DNA from: Candidatus Thorarchaeota archaeon
GTDB taxonomy: Archaea; Asgardarchaeota; Heimdallarchaeia; Hodarchaeales; Hodarchaeaceae
Assembly: GCA_048882505.1 (NCBI GenBank)
Contig: JBHLRO010000006.1
Coordinates: 120,001-152,000, forward strand
Reading direction: 5' to 3'
Length of the DNA: 32,000 bases
Part shown: positions 1-8,429 of the stretch, piece by piece
Layout: the number at the start of each line of letters is the position of its first letter
How positions within the stretch are numbered: the stretch's first letter is position 1
The notes under the pieces: model-generated
Told to the model about the DNA's origin: nothing
The model's database searches: none
Seen by the model: only the letters and a program-made list of their open reading frames with translations
Position numbers and translations under genes: made by a program

Positions 1-189
1 ATACTGGGTGTTTATCACTCTCATCCAAACCACCCTGCTACGCCCTCTGAATTTGATTTAACTAATGCATTTCCGAATTTCTCTTACATCATCCAATCAA
101 TAGACAATGGGAAGGTGGGAGCTATTACTTCGTGGAGATTAGATCCATCACGAGGGAACTTCTACCAAGAATCTGTTAAAATTACATGA
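1..189 (+). CDS. JAMM/MPN+ (Mov34, M67 family) metalloisopeptidase, 5'-truncated by the window edge
   Basis: Not in the ORF track. Frame 1 reads ILGVYHSHPNHPATPSEFDLTNAFPNFSYIIQSIDNGKVGAITSWRLDPSRGNFYQESVKIT*, containing the JAMM Zn motif HxHx7Sx2D (HSHPNHPATPSEFD). Confidence 0.9.
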   Translation: MLGVYHSHPNHPATPSEFDLTNAFPNFSYIIQSIDNGKVGAITSWRLDPSRGNFYQESVKIT

Positions 190-206
190 GTTGAGATGAA
201 AAAATT

Positions 207-488
207 ATGGAAATTGTTATCTTAATACCTACACCCTTACGACCTTATACGGATGATCAAAAGGCGATAACTCTGACGGGAAATACCGTCGGAGATATTT
301 TGGAGCAGCTCACCGTTCGTTTTCCGAGATTGGGTAAGCATTTGTACAATGAAGACGGAAACCTTCGTAGTTTTGTTAATGTATACCTAAACGATGAGGA
401 CATTCGCTATTTGGACAATGAAAAGTCCATTGTCAAAAACGGAGACACAATCTCAATTATCCCTTCAATTGCAGGAGGATTCGCGTAA
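207..488 (+). CDS. ThiS/MoaD/CysO-family ubiquitin-like sulfur carrier protein with capped C-terminus (GG-FA)
   Basis: 93 aa beta-grasp signature (IPTPLRPYT...FVNVYLNDEDIRYL...GDTISIIPSIAGG), ending GG plus two extra residues. Lies between a JAMM gene and an E1-like gene. Confidence 0.9.
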   Translation: MEIVILIPTPLRPYTDDQKAITLTGNTVGDILEQLTVRFPRLGKHLYNEDGNLRSFVNVYLNDEDIRYLDNEKSIVKNGDTISIIPSIAGGFA

Positions 489-1676
489 GTGTATCTACCT
501 ACGCTAGAGGAACAGAAGAGAGCGGCCCATACCGACCTTTCACAAGAAGAGATAATCAGATATAGCCGTCATTTGATCCTTCCAGAAGTTGGAGTGAAAG
601 GTCAACAAAAGCTAAAGCAGGCACGAGTTCTCCTGGTAGGCGCAGGAGGTTTGGGTTCCCCTCTGGCTCTATATCTTGCAGCGGCGGGCGTTGGAACGAT
701 TGGGATTGTTGACCATGATAAGGTTGATTTAACGAACTTACAGCGACAAGTGATTCATTCGACGGAAGATCTCGGTAAATCAAAACTAGAGTCCGCCCGT
801 GCTCGAATTCTCGCGATTAATCCTGAAATAAAGGTAATAACACACGAAAAAGAACTTACCTCTGAAAACGCGCTTGATATCATAAAGAACTACGATATTG
901 TAGCGGACGGAACAGATAATTTTCCCACGCGGTACTTGATCAACGATGCCTGCGTTCTACTTGGTAAACCAAATGTTTATGCTTCAATATTTCGTTTCGA
1001 AGGTCAGGCATCTGTTTTTTACGCTGAAAAAGGGCCATGTTACCGTTGTCTATATTCAGAACCACCACCTCCTGGACTGGTCCCTTCCTGTGCTGAAGGC
1101 GGGGTTCTTGGAATCTTACCTGGGATAGTTGGCACCATACAGGCAACCGAAGTAATAAAGCTCATCCTTGATCTTGGGAAACCCCTCGTGGGACGTCTTC
1201 TTTTGGTTGACGCCCTAGATATGAACTTCAGGGAATTAATACTACGAAAAAACCCCCAATGTGCGATCTGCGGATCGAATCCTACGATTCACGAGTTAAT
1301 AGATTATGAAGCGTTCTGTGGCGTCGGTACAGATCAGGTTCCGCTATTTGAAAAAGAAGATGAGATTACTCCCCCACAATTGGCATCGCTCCTGGGCAGT
1401 GGTGTTCCACTTCAATTAATCGATGTTCGGGAACCTCACGAACGCAAGATCAGCCAGATTTCCAATTCCCACCTTATGCCTCTTAACAAGGTAACAGAGA
1501 TGGCTAAGGCTCTGGACAGAGACCAATTAACCGTAGTCTATTGCAGATCGGGTGCACGTTCCGCAAAAGCAGTTAACCAACTCAAACGGGAACTCGGATT
1601 CTCTAAAATCCTGAATCTGGTGGGGGGGGTAAATGCATGGGCATCTGAGGTTGACCCCAGTATTCCCACATACTAG
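489..1676 (+). CDS. moeB: MoeB/ThiF E1-like adenylyltransferase fused to a C-terminal rhodanese domain (MoeZ/MOCS3/Uba4 architecture)
   Basis: RYSRHL, GAGGLG nucleotide-binding loop, NLQRQ, DGTDNF, Zn pairs CYRC and CAIC, SCAEGGVLG, rhodanese loop YCRSGARS. GTG start with GGAGG at 474-478. Confidence 0.93.
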   Translation: MYLPTLEEQKRAAHTDLSQEEIIRYSRHLILPEVGVKGQQKLKQARVLLVGAGGLGSPLALYLAAAGVGTIGIVDHDKVDLTNLQRQVIHSTEDLGKSKLESARARILAINPEIKVITHEKELTSENALDIIKNYDIVADGTDNFPTRYLINDACVLLGKPNVYASIFRFEGQASVFYAEKGPCYRCLYSEPPPPGLVPSCAEGGVLGILPGIVGTIQATEVIKLILDLGKPLVGRLLLVDALDMNFRELILRKNPQCAICGSNPTIHELIDYEAFCGVGTDQVPLFEKEDEITPPQLASLLGSGVPLQLIDVREPHERKISQISNSHLMPLNKVTEMAKALDRDQLTVVYCRSGARSAKAVNQLKRELGFSKILNLVGGVNAWASEVDPSIPTY

Positions 1677-1718
1677 ATAACTTCTTGTTCTAGTCCAAGG
1701 ATGGGGGAGAGAAAGCCG

Positions 1719-1725
1719 TTTTTTT
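1719..1725 (+). terminator. possible oligo-T terminator after the sulfur-relay operon
   Basis: T7 run about 40 nt downstream of the moeB stop; no convincing hairpin. Confidence 0.25.
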
Positions 1726-2070
1726 GAGCTAGGGAGGATTTCTACTTCCAAAAGCACCGAAATACCCCTTATTTATTTTGGCCCGACAATAAATACCATA
1801 ATAACTCATTTAAGAGATCCTACAAGCAAAAAACGTTAGGAATAGGTCAGTATATGAGATTTTGAAGGCTGTCATGAGTTTTTAATAGGCGAATAAGGCC
1901 ATAATTCCGCGACTGAATTTAGTTTACTCCACCCTACAAGTATTATGTGGACAAAGCTCTGTGCTAGGCTTACTCTTATGAGATCAGAGTAACTAACTAG
2001 TGATATCGGAAACGGGTCTCCTTCTTATTTAGAAAAGGATTCCTTATATTCCGATTAAGAGGTAAAGAAC

Positions 2071-2337
2071 ATGTCTCAAGTTGTCGAACCAGTTTCCCTG
2101 ATGGAGGCTATCGATGTTCTCGCTTATAATGGACCGCTTTTTTCTTCGGAAAAAAAAACCAAAAGGCATCTTATTCCCCATAAGAGTGTAGAACTGGTTC
2201 CGAGTGGTATTTCAGAGGATTTTCTTTTCTACCTGTTTATGTGTAGGGGTTTTGTGGTCCACTCATCACCGACCTTTCAGAATCCGTTTTTTCGGGTCAA
2301 ATACTTCTATTATGACGAAGAGGAATACAATCCATAG
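2071..2337 (+). CDS. hypothetical protein (88 aa), may be spurious or a remnant
   Basis: ATG preceded by AAGAGG; no recognisable motif. Confidence 0.3.
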   Translation: MSQVVEPVSLMEAIDVLAYNGPLFSSEKKTKRHLIPHKSVELVPSGISEDFLFYLFMCRGFVVHSSPTFQNPFFRVKYFYYDEEEYNP

Positions 2338-2460
2338 CTTCTGTTTACGATCATTCCCTTTTCTCCGTGTTTATCCTCCCAAGACAGGTTGGATCCTCCT
2401 CACTACATCGCGTGGTGAGGTAGGATCCTCCTCTCTCGGAAAACACGATCTTATCCTTAT

Positions 2461-3138
2461 CTAATGCTTATATATAAGTGCCAGTCCTTTACCGACTGGA
2501 ACCACTATATGTGATACCATCCTAGACCGCTCGAGTTCTCCACTGAATTCAAGTAATTCGTCCTCGTGGCTTATCACATTGTCTGCTATCAGCACTGAAC
2601 CAGAAGAAAACCAATTATTCTCGAGAAACAACCCAAGAAAGCTAAAATAATCTTCTTTTTCTGCATCTAAGAAGATATAGTTGATGTTTGGGCCTGAATA
2701 GGATTTTAGAAATTGTTTTGCATCTATACATATCAGCTTTATAAATTCCTGTACCGTGGAACCATTTACAGTCTCTAAAGCCATTTTATGTTTGCGTGGA
2801 TCATTATCCAAAGAAATTAGAGTACCGAATCCCAACTTATGGAGTACAGCACCCTGCCAAAGAGTTGAATATCCCCCCGAAGTTCCTATCTCAACTCCAA
2901 GAAATTCAGGATACCCCCCCGCATGAGATAGAAGATATTGATATAAAAATTCACCTGTTTTCCTTGGAATTTGTCGTAGGCGTACTCTTCTTTCAACATG
3001 TCCCTCTTTTTCCTTTTGATCTTGGTTTTCAAGAACAATCATCCTCTCCTGGAGTAGAGGATCTAGAAGGTCAAACGGAGCTACCATTGGTGAAGATTCC
3101 TGAGTAATTGATAATCTTTCATAGAAATTTAACACCAA
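2461..3138 (-). CDS. class I SAM-dependent O-methyltransferase (YrrM/caffeoyl-CoA OMT-like)
   Basis: VEIGTSGGYST motif I, acidic motif II (SLDND), YIFLDAEKEDY, and ADNV. Confidence 0.88.
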   Translation of the reverse strand: MVLNFYERLSITQESSPMVAPFDLLDPLLQERMIVLENQDQKEKEGHVERRVRLRQIPRKTGEFLYQYLLSHAGGYPEFLGVEIGTSGGYSTLWQGAVLHKLGFGTLISLDNDPRKHKMALETVNGSTVQEFIKLICIDAKQFLKSYSGPNINYIFLDAEKEDYFSFLGLFLENNWFSSGSVLIADNVISHEDELLEFSGELERSRMVSHIVVPVGKGLALIYKH

Positions 3139-3147
3139 CCCATGATA

Positions 3148-4062
3148 TCAATAGAGAGGAGTCCGATCGATGAATTCTATTATATTTTGAGAGATCTCAG
3201 CCCCTTTCTCCTCTTGAAGAAAGTGGCCTGCCTCCTTAATGACAATTTCCGGTTGGTCTTTGGCACTAGGTATCAATTTACGAAAGAATCGATCTGCTCC
3301 TCTAGTGATGGGATCTTTATCCGAAAACATAATCAATGCAGGTTTGGTCCATTTGCTAAGGTCGTTGCGAGCCGCAAGCATTTCATGAGCCACGGGATCC
3401 TCGGGCCTGATGGGAACGAGAAGGGGTAATGCTCGTGCGCCCATCTTGTATGATGCATCAGGAAAAGGTGCTTCATAAGCAGAAATAATCTCTGGTGTTA
3501 ATATATCGGAATTATAAATGCCAGTACTGATTACAACATCAATAGGCAAGTTTGGAGTGCTCTGAACAAAATTTCTCCAATTCATGAACGCTTCATTCAC
3601 TCTTCGCCCCGAAGGAAGGCCGGTATTCATTACGACAAGACGAGCGAAACGGTGTGAGAGTGTCCCTGCCACTCGTAATCCAACAAGTCCTCCCCAGTTC
3701 TGACAAACGAGAGAAATGTTCTGTAAATCGAGAATGTTTAGGAATTCTACCAAAGTATTATACAACAGCGAATAGGTATAATCCTCAATGCTAGCTGGTT
3801 TATCGGAGCGGCCAAAACCAGGAAAATCCATACATATAACCCTAAATTCCTTCGCCAAGGGCAAAATCATTTTACGGTAAAGGTAAGACCAAGTTGGCTC
3901 TCCATGGAGACAGAGAATTACTTCTCCGGTTCCCTCGTCAATATAATGAATTCGAATCTCATTAATACTCACGTAGTTAGGTTTATAAGCATAATTCGGT
4001 AGCTTGTCAAAATGTACATCGGGGGTTCTGAGAATGAGGACTTTAATCGACCTCCTATGCAT
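3148..4062 (-). CDS. haloalkane dehalogenase family (HLD-I/DhlA-like) alpha/beta hydrolase, nucleophile Asp replaced by Asn
   Basis: LRTPD N-terminus, LHGEPTWSYLYRKMI, DFPGFGRSDKP, nucleophile elbow CQNWGG (canonical QDWGG), FSDKDPIT, AGHFLQEEKG. Confidence 0.88.
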   Translation of the reverse strand: MHRRSIKVLILRTPDVHFDKLPNYAYKPNYVSINEIRIHYIDEGTGEVILCLHGEPTWSYLYRKMILPLAKEFRVICMDFPGFGRSDKPASIEDYTYSLLYNTLVEFLNILDLQNISLVCQNWGGLVGLRVAGTLSHRFARLVVMNTGLPSGRRVNEAFMNWRNFVQSTPNLPIDVVISTGIYNSDILTPEIISAYEAPFPDASYKMGARALPLLVPIRPEDPVAHEMLAARNDLSKWTKPALIMFSDKDPITRGADRFFRKLIPSAKDQPEIVIKEAGHFLQEEKGAEISQNIIEFIDRTPLY

Positions 4063-4188
4063 CTACTTGCCTATCGTTATTCCTTAAATTTCGTTTTTAA
4101 TGTATAGGGAACGTTTTAAACCAACCTTGACAACAAATTGACAAAAAATTTTAGACCAAACGCCAAATATGGTTGAGATGATTCTCCG

Positions 4189-4878
4189 ATGAGTGACACT
4201 AGCTTTTACCTTGTTCAAACCGCCATTTTTTGGGTATCTGCTTTAATTTGCCTAATTATAACTTATGTCGTTTACCTCCGTGATCCCGATTATGTATTAA
4301 ACCAGGTTTTTGCGGGCGGAAGTTTGGCTTTAGGTTTTTTCAACATTATGATGGGAGTTTCTAATGCCCCCGTATTCCTTTTCCAGGAACAACTGATCGT
4401 ACAAGCCGTTCAGCTGGCATATTCTGCCTTGGTTATTAGTTTATGCTTCTTTCTGCTTTCATCTGTAATCCTTCAATTTGGCACGTCCTTTCCTAGACGA
4501 GCTGGACTTCTAACTATACTTATGCTAATTGTGTTTGTTGACCTATTTGTTATCTGGTTCACAGATGAGGTTTTTGTTCCTACCACAATTCTAGGTGATG
4601 TAACAACGAGCTCATTATTTAAACTGGTTGTTCTAGGTTCGCTCGCCCTAATCTATCTGTGTGCGCTAATATTGTTTGTGTTCACTTTCAGAGAAACTGA
4701 GGAGGACACAAGAAGAAACATAGGATGGTTATTAGGAGGCTGGTTGGTTGGAGGCGCTGCTTTAATAACCTCTGCAATAAGTGATTTTTATCAACCATTT
4801 GACCTAGTAGGACCTTTTTTACTCGGATTGGCACTCTTTATAATGCAACGGGGTTTTATACGACGGCCCAGTAATTAA
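4189..4878 (+). CDS. stand-alone 7-TM membrane protein (HisKA_7TM-like sensor domain, no kinase)
   Basis: 229 aa with seven hydrophobic segments counted by eye and no soluble catalytic domain. Confidence 0.6.
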   Translation: MSDTSFYLVQTAIFWVSALICLIITYVVYLRDPDYVLNQVFAGGSLALGFFNIMMGVSNAPVFLFQEQLIVQAVQLAYSALVISLCFFLLSSVILQFGTSFPRRAGLLTILMLIVFVDLFVIWFTDEVFVPTTILGDVTTSSLFKLVVLGSLALIYLCALILFVFTFRETEEDTRRNIGWLLGGWLVGGAALITSAISDFYQPFDLVGPFLLGLALFIMQRGFIRRPSN

Positions 4879-5147
4879 TCGGCACATTTGGTAAAGGATT
4901 TTGCCTGAAAATATCGTAAGATCCCAACGTGAGGCTGGTAATTAGAATGAATCCAGAAATAGTAACGGGACCTAAAACTAATTTAAGCCCATACCTCGGA
5001 TTTTCAAAGTCAATTTAGAAGCTTGATGTTCTTCTTCTGATTGCGAACAAGGAAAGGGAAAAAGTCAAACCCTCAAACCAGGCTCTAGAACAAAGGTTCA
5101 TTTGTCTAAGATACCCCATAATTTATTCGGTTCCACCTCGGAATGAT

Positions 5148-5155
5148 TTTTAAGC
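5148..5155 (+). promoter_or_regulatory. possible archaeal TATA box (TTTTAAGC) upstream of the BI-1 gene
   Basis: Matches a TTTAWR-type box in the intergenic region; the transcription start site is unknown. Confidence 0.25.
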
Positions 5156-5226
5156 TAATCAAGCATAGACATGTTTAGATATGATCTTGCCCAACAGGTA
5201 AGAAAACCATATTGGGATGTAGAAAT

Positions 5227-5907
5227 ATGGGATATTATTATCCACAACAATATAGGACTCAACCGAGATACGACATAAAGGTTGAAGCCTATAGACAACT
5301 CGGAATTGCTTTATTATTGGGTACAATGACTGTCGCAGTAATGATCTATTTGAATGTTCCCACTGCGCTCTATTGGATCGGTACTATTGGTGAAATGCTG
5401 ATCATTGGCATATTATTTTTTGCTATGCTGTTTAGAACCCAGTTCAGCGAGAATACTGCCGCAATATTGCTGTATTCATTCGCCATATGTAGTTCAGTCT
5501 CGTTGTCATTAATTGTGTATATCGGCCTGTTCCTTGAGCCAGCAATTGTAGCTGGTGCTGTTGGAACAACTACCATAGTTGTTTTAGCCGCATATCTATA
5601 TTCTGGCAGTACCATTAATAAAATAGGTTCCCTCATGAAACTGGCAACCGTACTTGTAATATTCTTCCTAATCTTTGCGCTCTTTGGGTTTTTTCTATTC
5701 AGTAGTGATCCGATGTTTTTCTTTGTATTCAGCCTCTTTGGAGCCATTATCTTCAGCATATACATCTTTATTGACTTTGCCCGGCTAGAAAATCGAATGT
5801 TTTCCTCTCCTTCACTCATGGCACTCTGGTTATTCTATGATATCGTATATTTCCTTCGCCAAATCCTAATTGTTCTGATTTATATGTTCGGAGGTAACCG
5901 AGACTAA
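5227..5907 (+). CDS. Bax inhibitor-1/YccA/YetJ (TMBIM) family membrane protein
   Basis: Multiple TMs with C-terminal IFIDF...ALWLFYDIVYFLRQIL, matching the family's YDT...ALxLYLDxxNLF pattern. ATG at 5227 preferred over the ORF-track TTG at 5212. Confidence 0.85.
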   Translation: MGYYYPQQYRTQPRYDIKVEAYRQLGIALLLGTMTVAVMIYLNVPTALYWIGTIGEMLIIGILFFAMLFRTQFSENTAAILLYSFAICSSVSLSLIVYIGLFLEPAIVAGAVGTTTIVVLAAYLYSGSTINKIGSLMKLATVLVIFFLIFALFGFFLFSSDPMFFFVFSLFGAIIFSIYIFIDFARLENRMFSSPSLMALWLFYDIVYFLRQILIVLIYMFGGNRD

Positions 5908-5909
5908 TT

Positions 5910-5928
5910 GGGGGATTCCCCTTTTTTT
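5910..5928 (+). terminator. short hairpin plus T7 terminator after the BI-1 gene
   Basis: GGGG-ATT-CCCC followed by TTTTTTT, between convergent genes. Confidence 0.45.
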
Positions 5929-5956
5929 CTCTAGTTTTCCTGGTACGTATCAGCTG

Positions 5957-6763
5957 TTACAGTTCGTTTCTAAGAATCGCGAAAAACGCTTCTTTTCCAT
6001 ATTGCTCTCTCCACGGCTCGTGTCCGCATTTCTCGAGGAGATAAAACCGGAAATCCTGAAGTAACCTGGATAGTGGTTTTTCCACACCCTCTGCCGGATG
6101 AGGATCATAGTTCCCGTGAATAGCAACGGTTGGACATTTAACTTGCTTTACACGTTTTAAAAGTTCTCCACTCTTTCTTAACTGGGCAGCCTGACTCCAC
6201 ACGCTTCGATAAATTGAACTATCAAACTGTAAGGAATCTGAGAGTTCAGGATCTTCTATTAAACGACAAAAAGTGTCGGTTTGTTTAGTTAACTTTTCCA
6301 AACGCTTGAAAGCAATGTCCTTGTTTGGGCCGCGGGTCTCGCTCAACATCGTAATTATTGAGGAGTATTCGTTTCTTTCGCTTACACTAAGTCGGTTCAA
6401 TCTTGTTTCTAGGACTACTTTGGCATATTTTTCTTCCAAAGGACCGCAGCCAACAAGAATTAGCTTTTTTACAAAATCGGGATAATCAGTGGCGAACATT
6501 ATACTTAACCAAGCACCCCAAGAGAAACCGATCAGTGTGACGGGCAATTCCGCGTATTTCACGAGACCCTGTTTTAGCTCCTCGACTTGGTCTTCAATAG
6601 AGGTTGCTTTTTGTATCGGTTCTAAAATCCCCCAGTCTGTTGAAAGTTCCCAGGCAACAGGAGCCATTTCACCGCCCGCTCCTGGACCACCGTGTATGAC
6701 TGCAATGGTGAAGGGAATCGATCCGTACTTTCTCACCGTTTCCATGCTATATCGACTCATCAT
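5957..6763 (-). CDS. alpha/beta fold hydrolase
   Basis: IHGGPG oxyanion motif, GFSWG nucleophile elbow (Ser), HGNYDP acid, CGHEPW catalytic His. Confidence 0.88.
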   Translation of the reverse strand: MMSRYSMETVRKYGSIPFTIAVIHGGPGAGGEMAPVAWELSTDWGILEPIQKATSIEDQVEELKQGLVKYAELPVTLIGFSWGAWLSIMFATDYPDFVKKLILVGCGPLEEKYAKVVLETRLNRLSVSERNEYSSIITMLSETRGPNKDIAFKRLEKLTKQTDTFCRLIEDPELSDSLQFDSSIYRSVWSQAAQLRKSGELLKRVKQVKCPTVAIHGNYDPHPAEGVEKPLSRLLQDFRFYLLEKCGHEPWREQYGKEAFFAILRNEL

Positions 6764-6781
6764 CTACATGAAGAATATCAT

Positions 6782-7939
6782 TCATCCAGTTCCTTTATCG
6801 ACAAAAATCGCTTCAAAATCCTCATTTTTCTTTGAGGTAGTCGGAGTGAATGTATACCACTTATTACTGCTGTGCGATGGTGTTCCGAAGTTAATATCCA
6901 CCTTACGCTCTGTAACATCGTACACTGAAGCCCACAGTGCCCCAAAGTATCCAGATTGCCAGGGTGCACAAAATCCTTCAGGAATTTCTTTAGCAAGATA
7001 GTTTTTAATCACCCGTTTATCCATATATGGGAATTTCGTCATTACTGATTTTTCAATGGTTTCTCTTCGCACTTTAGAGACGTTTAATAACCACGGATTG
7101 TTGTATTGGTTATATTTAATCATCCTCTGCAGAGTATATACATTGGTGGCATAAAGAAAATGCTCATCACTTCGTAGATCGATTTCTTTTACTTCAAACT
7201 CACTATCATTCCCTTCAACAAGTGCGGCATGCCCTGAGGGATCAGCAATTAGGTAATTGGTAGAGGTCCATATTGGAATATCGATAAGATTGTCCACAGC
7301 TTCGCGTGTTGTACGAGACTTTTCCAATATTCCTCGTAAAGGAATCCAGAAGGGTAAAGCTTTCTTATTGGTAACAGGAGTATTCCAGGCACCGCCACCC
7401 GTCATTATAATGCACAAACCTCGCTCATTCAGCCCCTCTAGCCTTCCAAATAACAAAGTTGAAAACCCAATGTGCCCAAATTTGCCATGAATCCGAGTCG
7501 AACAGAGTCGATTGTCTTCATCTTTATAATGCCAGTCATATGTTCTAGCTACATAGATACGGCCATCTACGGTCACCTTTGGAAGGAAAACTAGTCCAGT
7601 GCATCCATTTTGGGTTGAATAAGGAAAGTCATGGATGGCTAACACCTCCGGTAAAACGCCCAGCGATTCGGCAAAACCTTTAATCTCCTCAGTAATGCCA
7701 GGGCAATAGATTTCTTGTAGTTCCTCAATTTCAGCAAAACTGTTAAATCCTGATTTCTTACGTTTGAGCTTTGCAGAGGTAAAGAACTCTCGTTTTGGGA
7801 ATTTATTCTGTTTAATTTTCATTCTAGCGTTATTTTGAAATATTACACCTTGTTGTCTTCCAATCTCGTATGATGTTCCTTCCAACACTAGATGTTCAAA
7901 ATTTCCTATGATTTCCTCATATTTATCAACCATTTTCAA
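6782..7939 (-). CDS. C45 family autoproteolytic peptidase / acyl-CoA:6-APA acyltransferase-like Ntn hydrolase
   Basis: LEGTSYEIGRQQG N-terminus, G|CT autocleavage site, ARTYDW, EGLNERGL, NYLIAD, ATN. Confidence 0.85.
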   Translation of the reverse strand: MKMVDKYEEIIGNFEHLVLEGTSYEIGRQQGVIFQNNARMKIKQNKFPKREFFTSAKLKRKKSGFNSFAEIEELQEIYCPGITEEIKGFAESLGVLPEVLAIHDFPYSTQNGCTGLVFLPKVTVDGRIYVARTYDWHYKDEDNRLCSTRIHGKFGHIGFSTLLFGRLEGLNERGLCIIMTGGGAWNTPVTNKKALPFWIPLRGILEKSRTTREAVDNLIDIPIWTSTNYLIADPSGHAALVEGNDSEFEVKEIDLRSDEHFLYATNVYTLQRMIKYNQYNNPWLLNVSKVRRETIEKSVMTKFPYMDKRVIKNYLAKEIPEGFCAPWQSGYFGALWASVYDVTERKVDINFGTPSHSSNKWYTFTPTTSKKNEDFEAIFVDKGTG

Positions 7940-8429
7940 GTATTCCTTTCATTTATATCCGTGAAATAGAGGGTCCTGTACTGGAAGTTGAAATAACCCC
8001 TTTTATGATCTTTTAATCCCAAATAAAGATCGTTTTCTAATGCGTATCCTTTTTCAAAGCTGTTTCTATTTTCACGGAATGAATGACGGATAAAATTGAC
8101 TCTATAAAAAGATTCTTCTCATTTCGGAATAATTGAAAAGGTTCGTAACTCGCACATTGGCTTAAAATCATTTATTAAATCTTTAGTAAAATTTAACTTC
8201 ACAATTAAATCCTTGGTGACCAATTTTGAGGAATTGCCGAACGAATAAGGAATAAAAACGCATTGGCGTACTTCCTTTTAAACTTAAATTTGGTTAGCGG
8301 GGCCCTGAAAGAGATCATGATCAAACTTAAGATCGTTCGCCTCTGTGCGCCAAATAACAAATCGAACAATGGGAATATGTATAATTAAGGAATAGTTCCG
8401 CTGATTGAATCTGATAAAAAGGGATTTTA

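Noticed and set aside
556-1757. Short ORFs overlapping moeB (556-783, 940-1146, 946-1128, 1527-1757)
   Set aside because: Antisense or alternative-frame shadows of a well-conserved gene, with no motifs.
2796-3429. Plus-strand ORFs 2796-3107 and 3142-3429
   Set aside because: Antisense to the methyltransferase and HLD genes; no family signal.
4950-5060. Minus-strand fragment KLTLKIRGMG resembling the start of an HMA domain
   Set aside because: No CxxC follows and stops occur immediately; too short to support.
5370-7490. Shadow ORFs 5370-5819, 6273-6485, 6489-7001, 6778-6996 and 7257-7490
   Set aside because: All overlap confidently assigned genes in another frame or strand.
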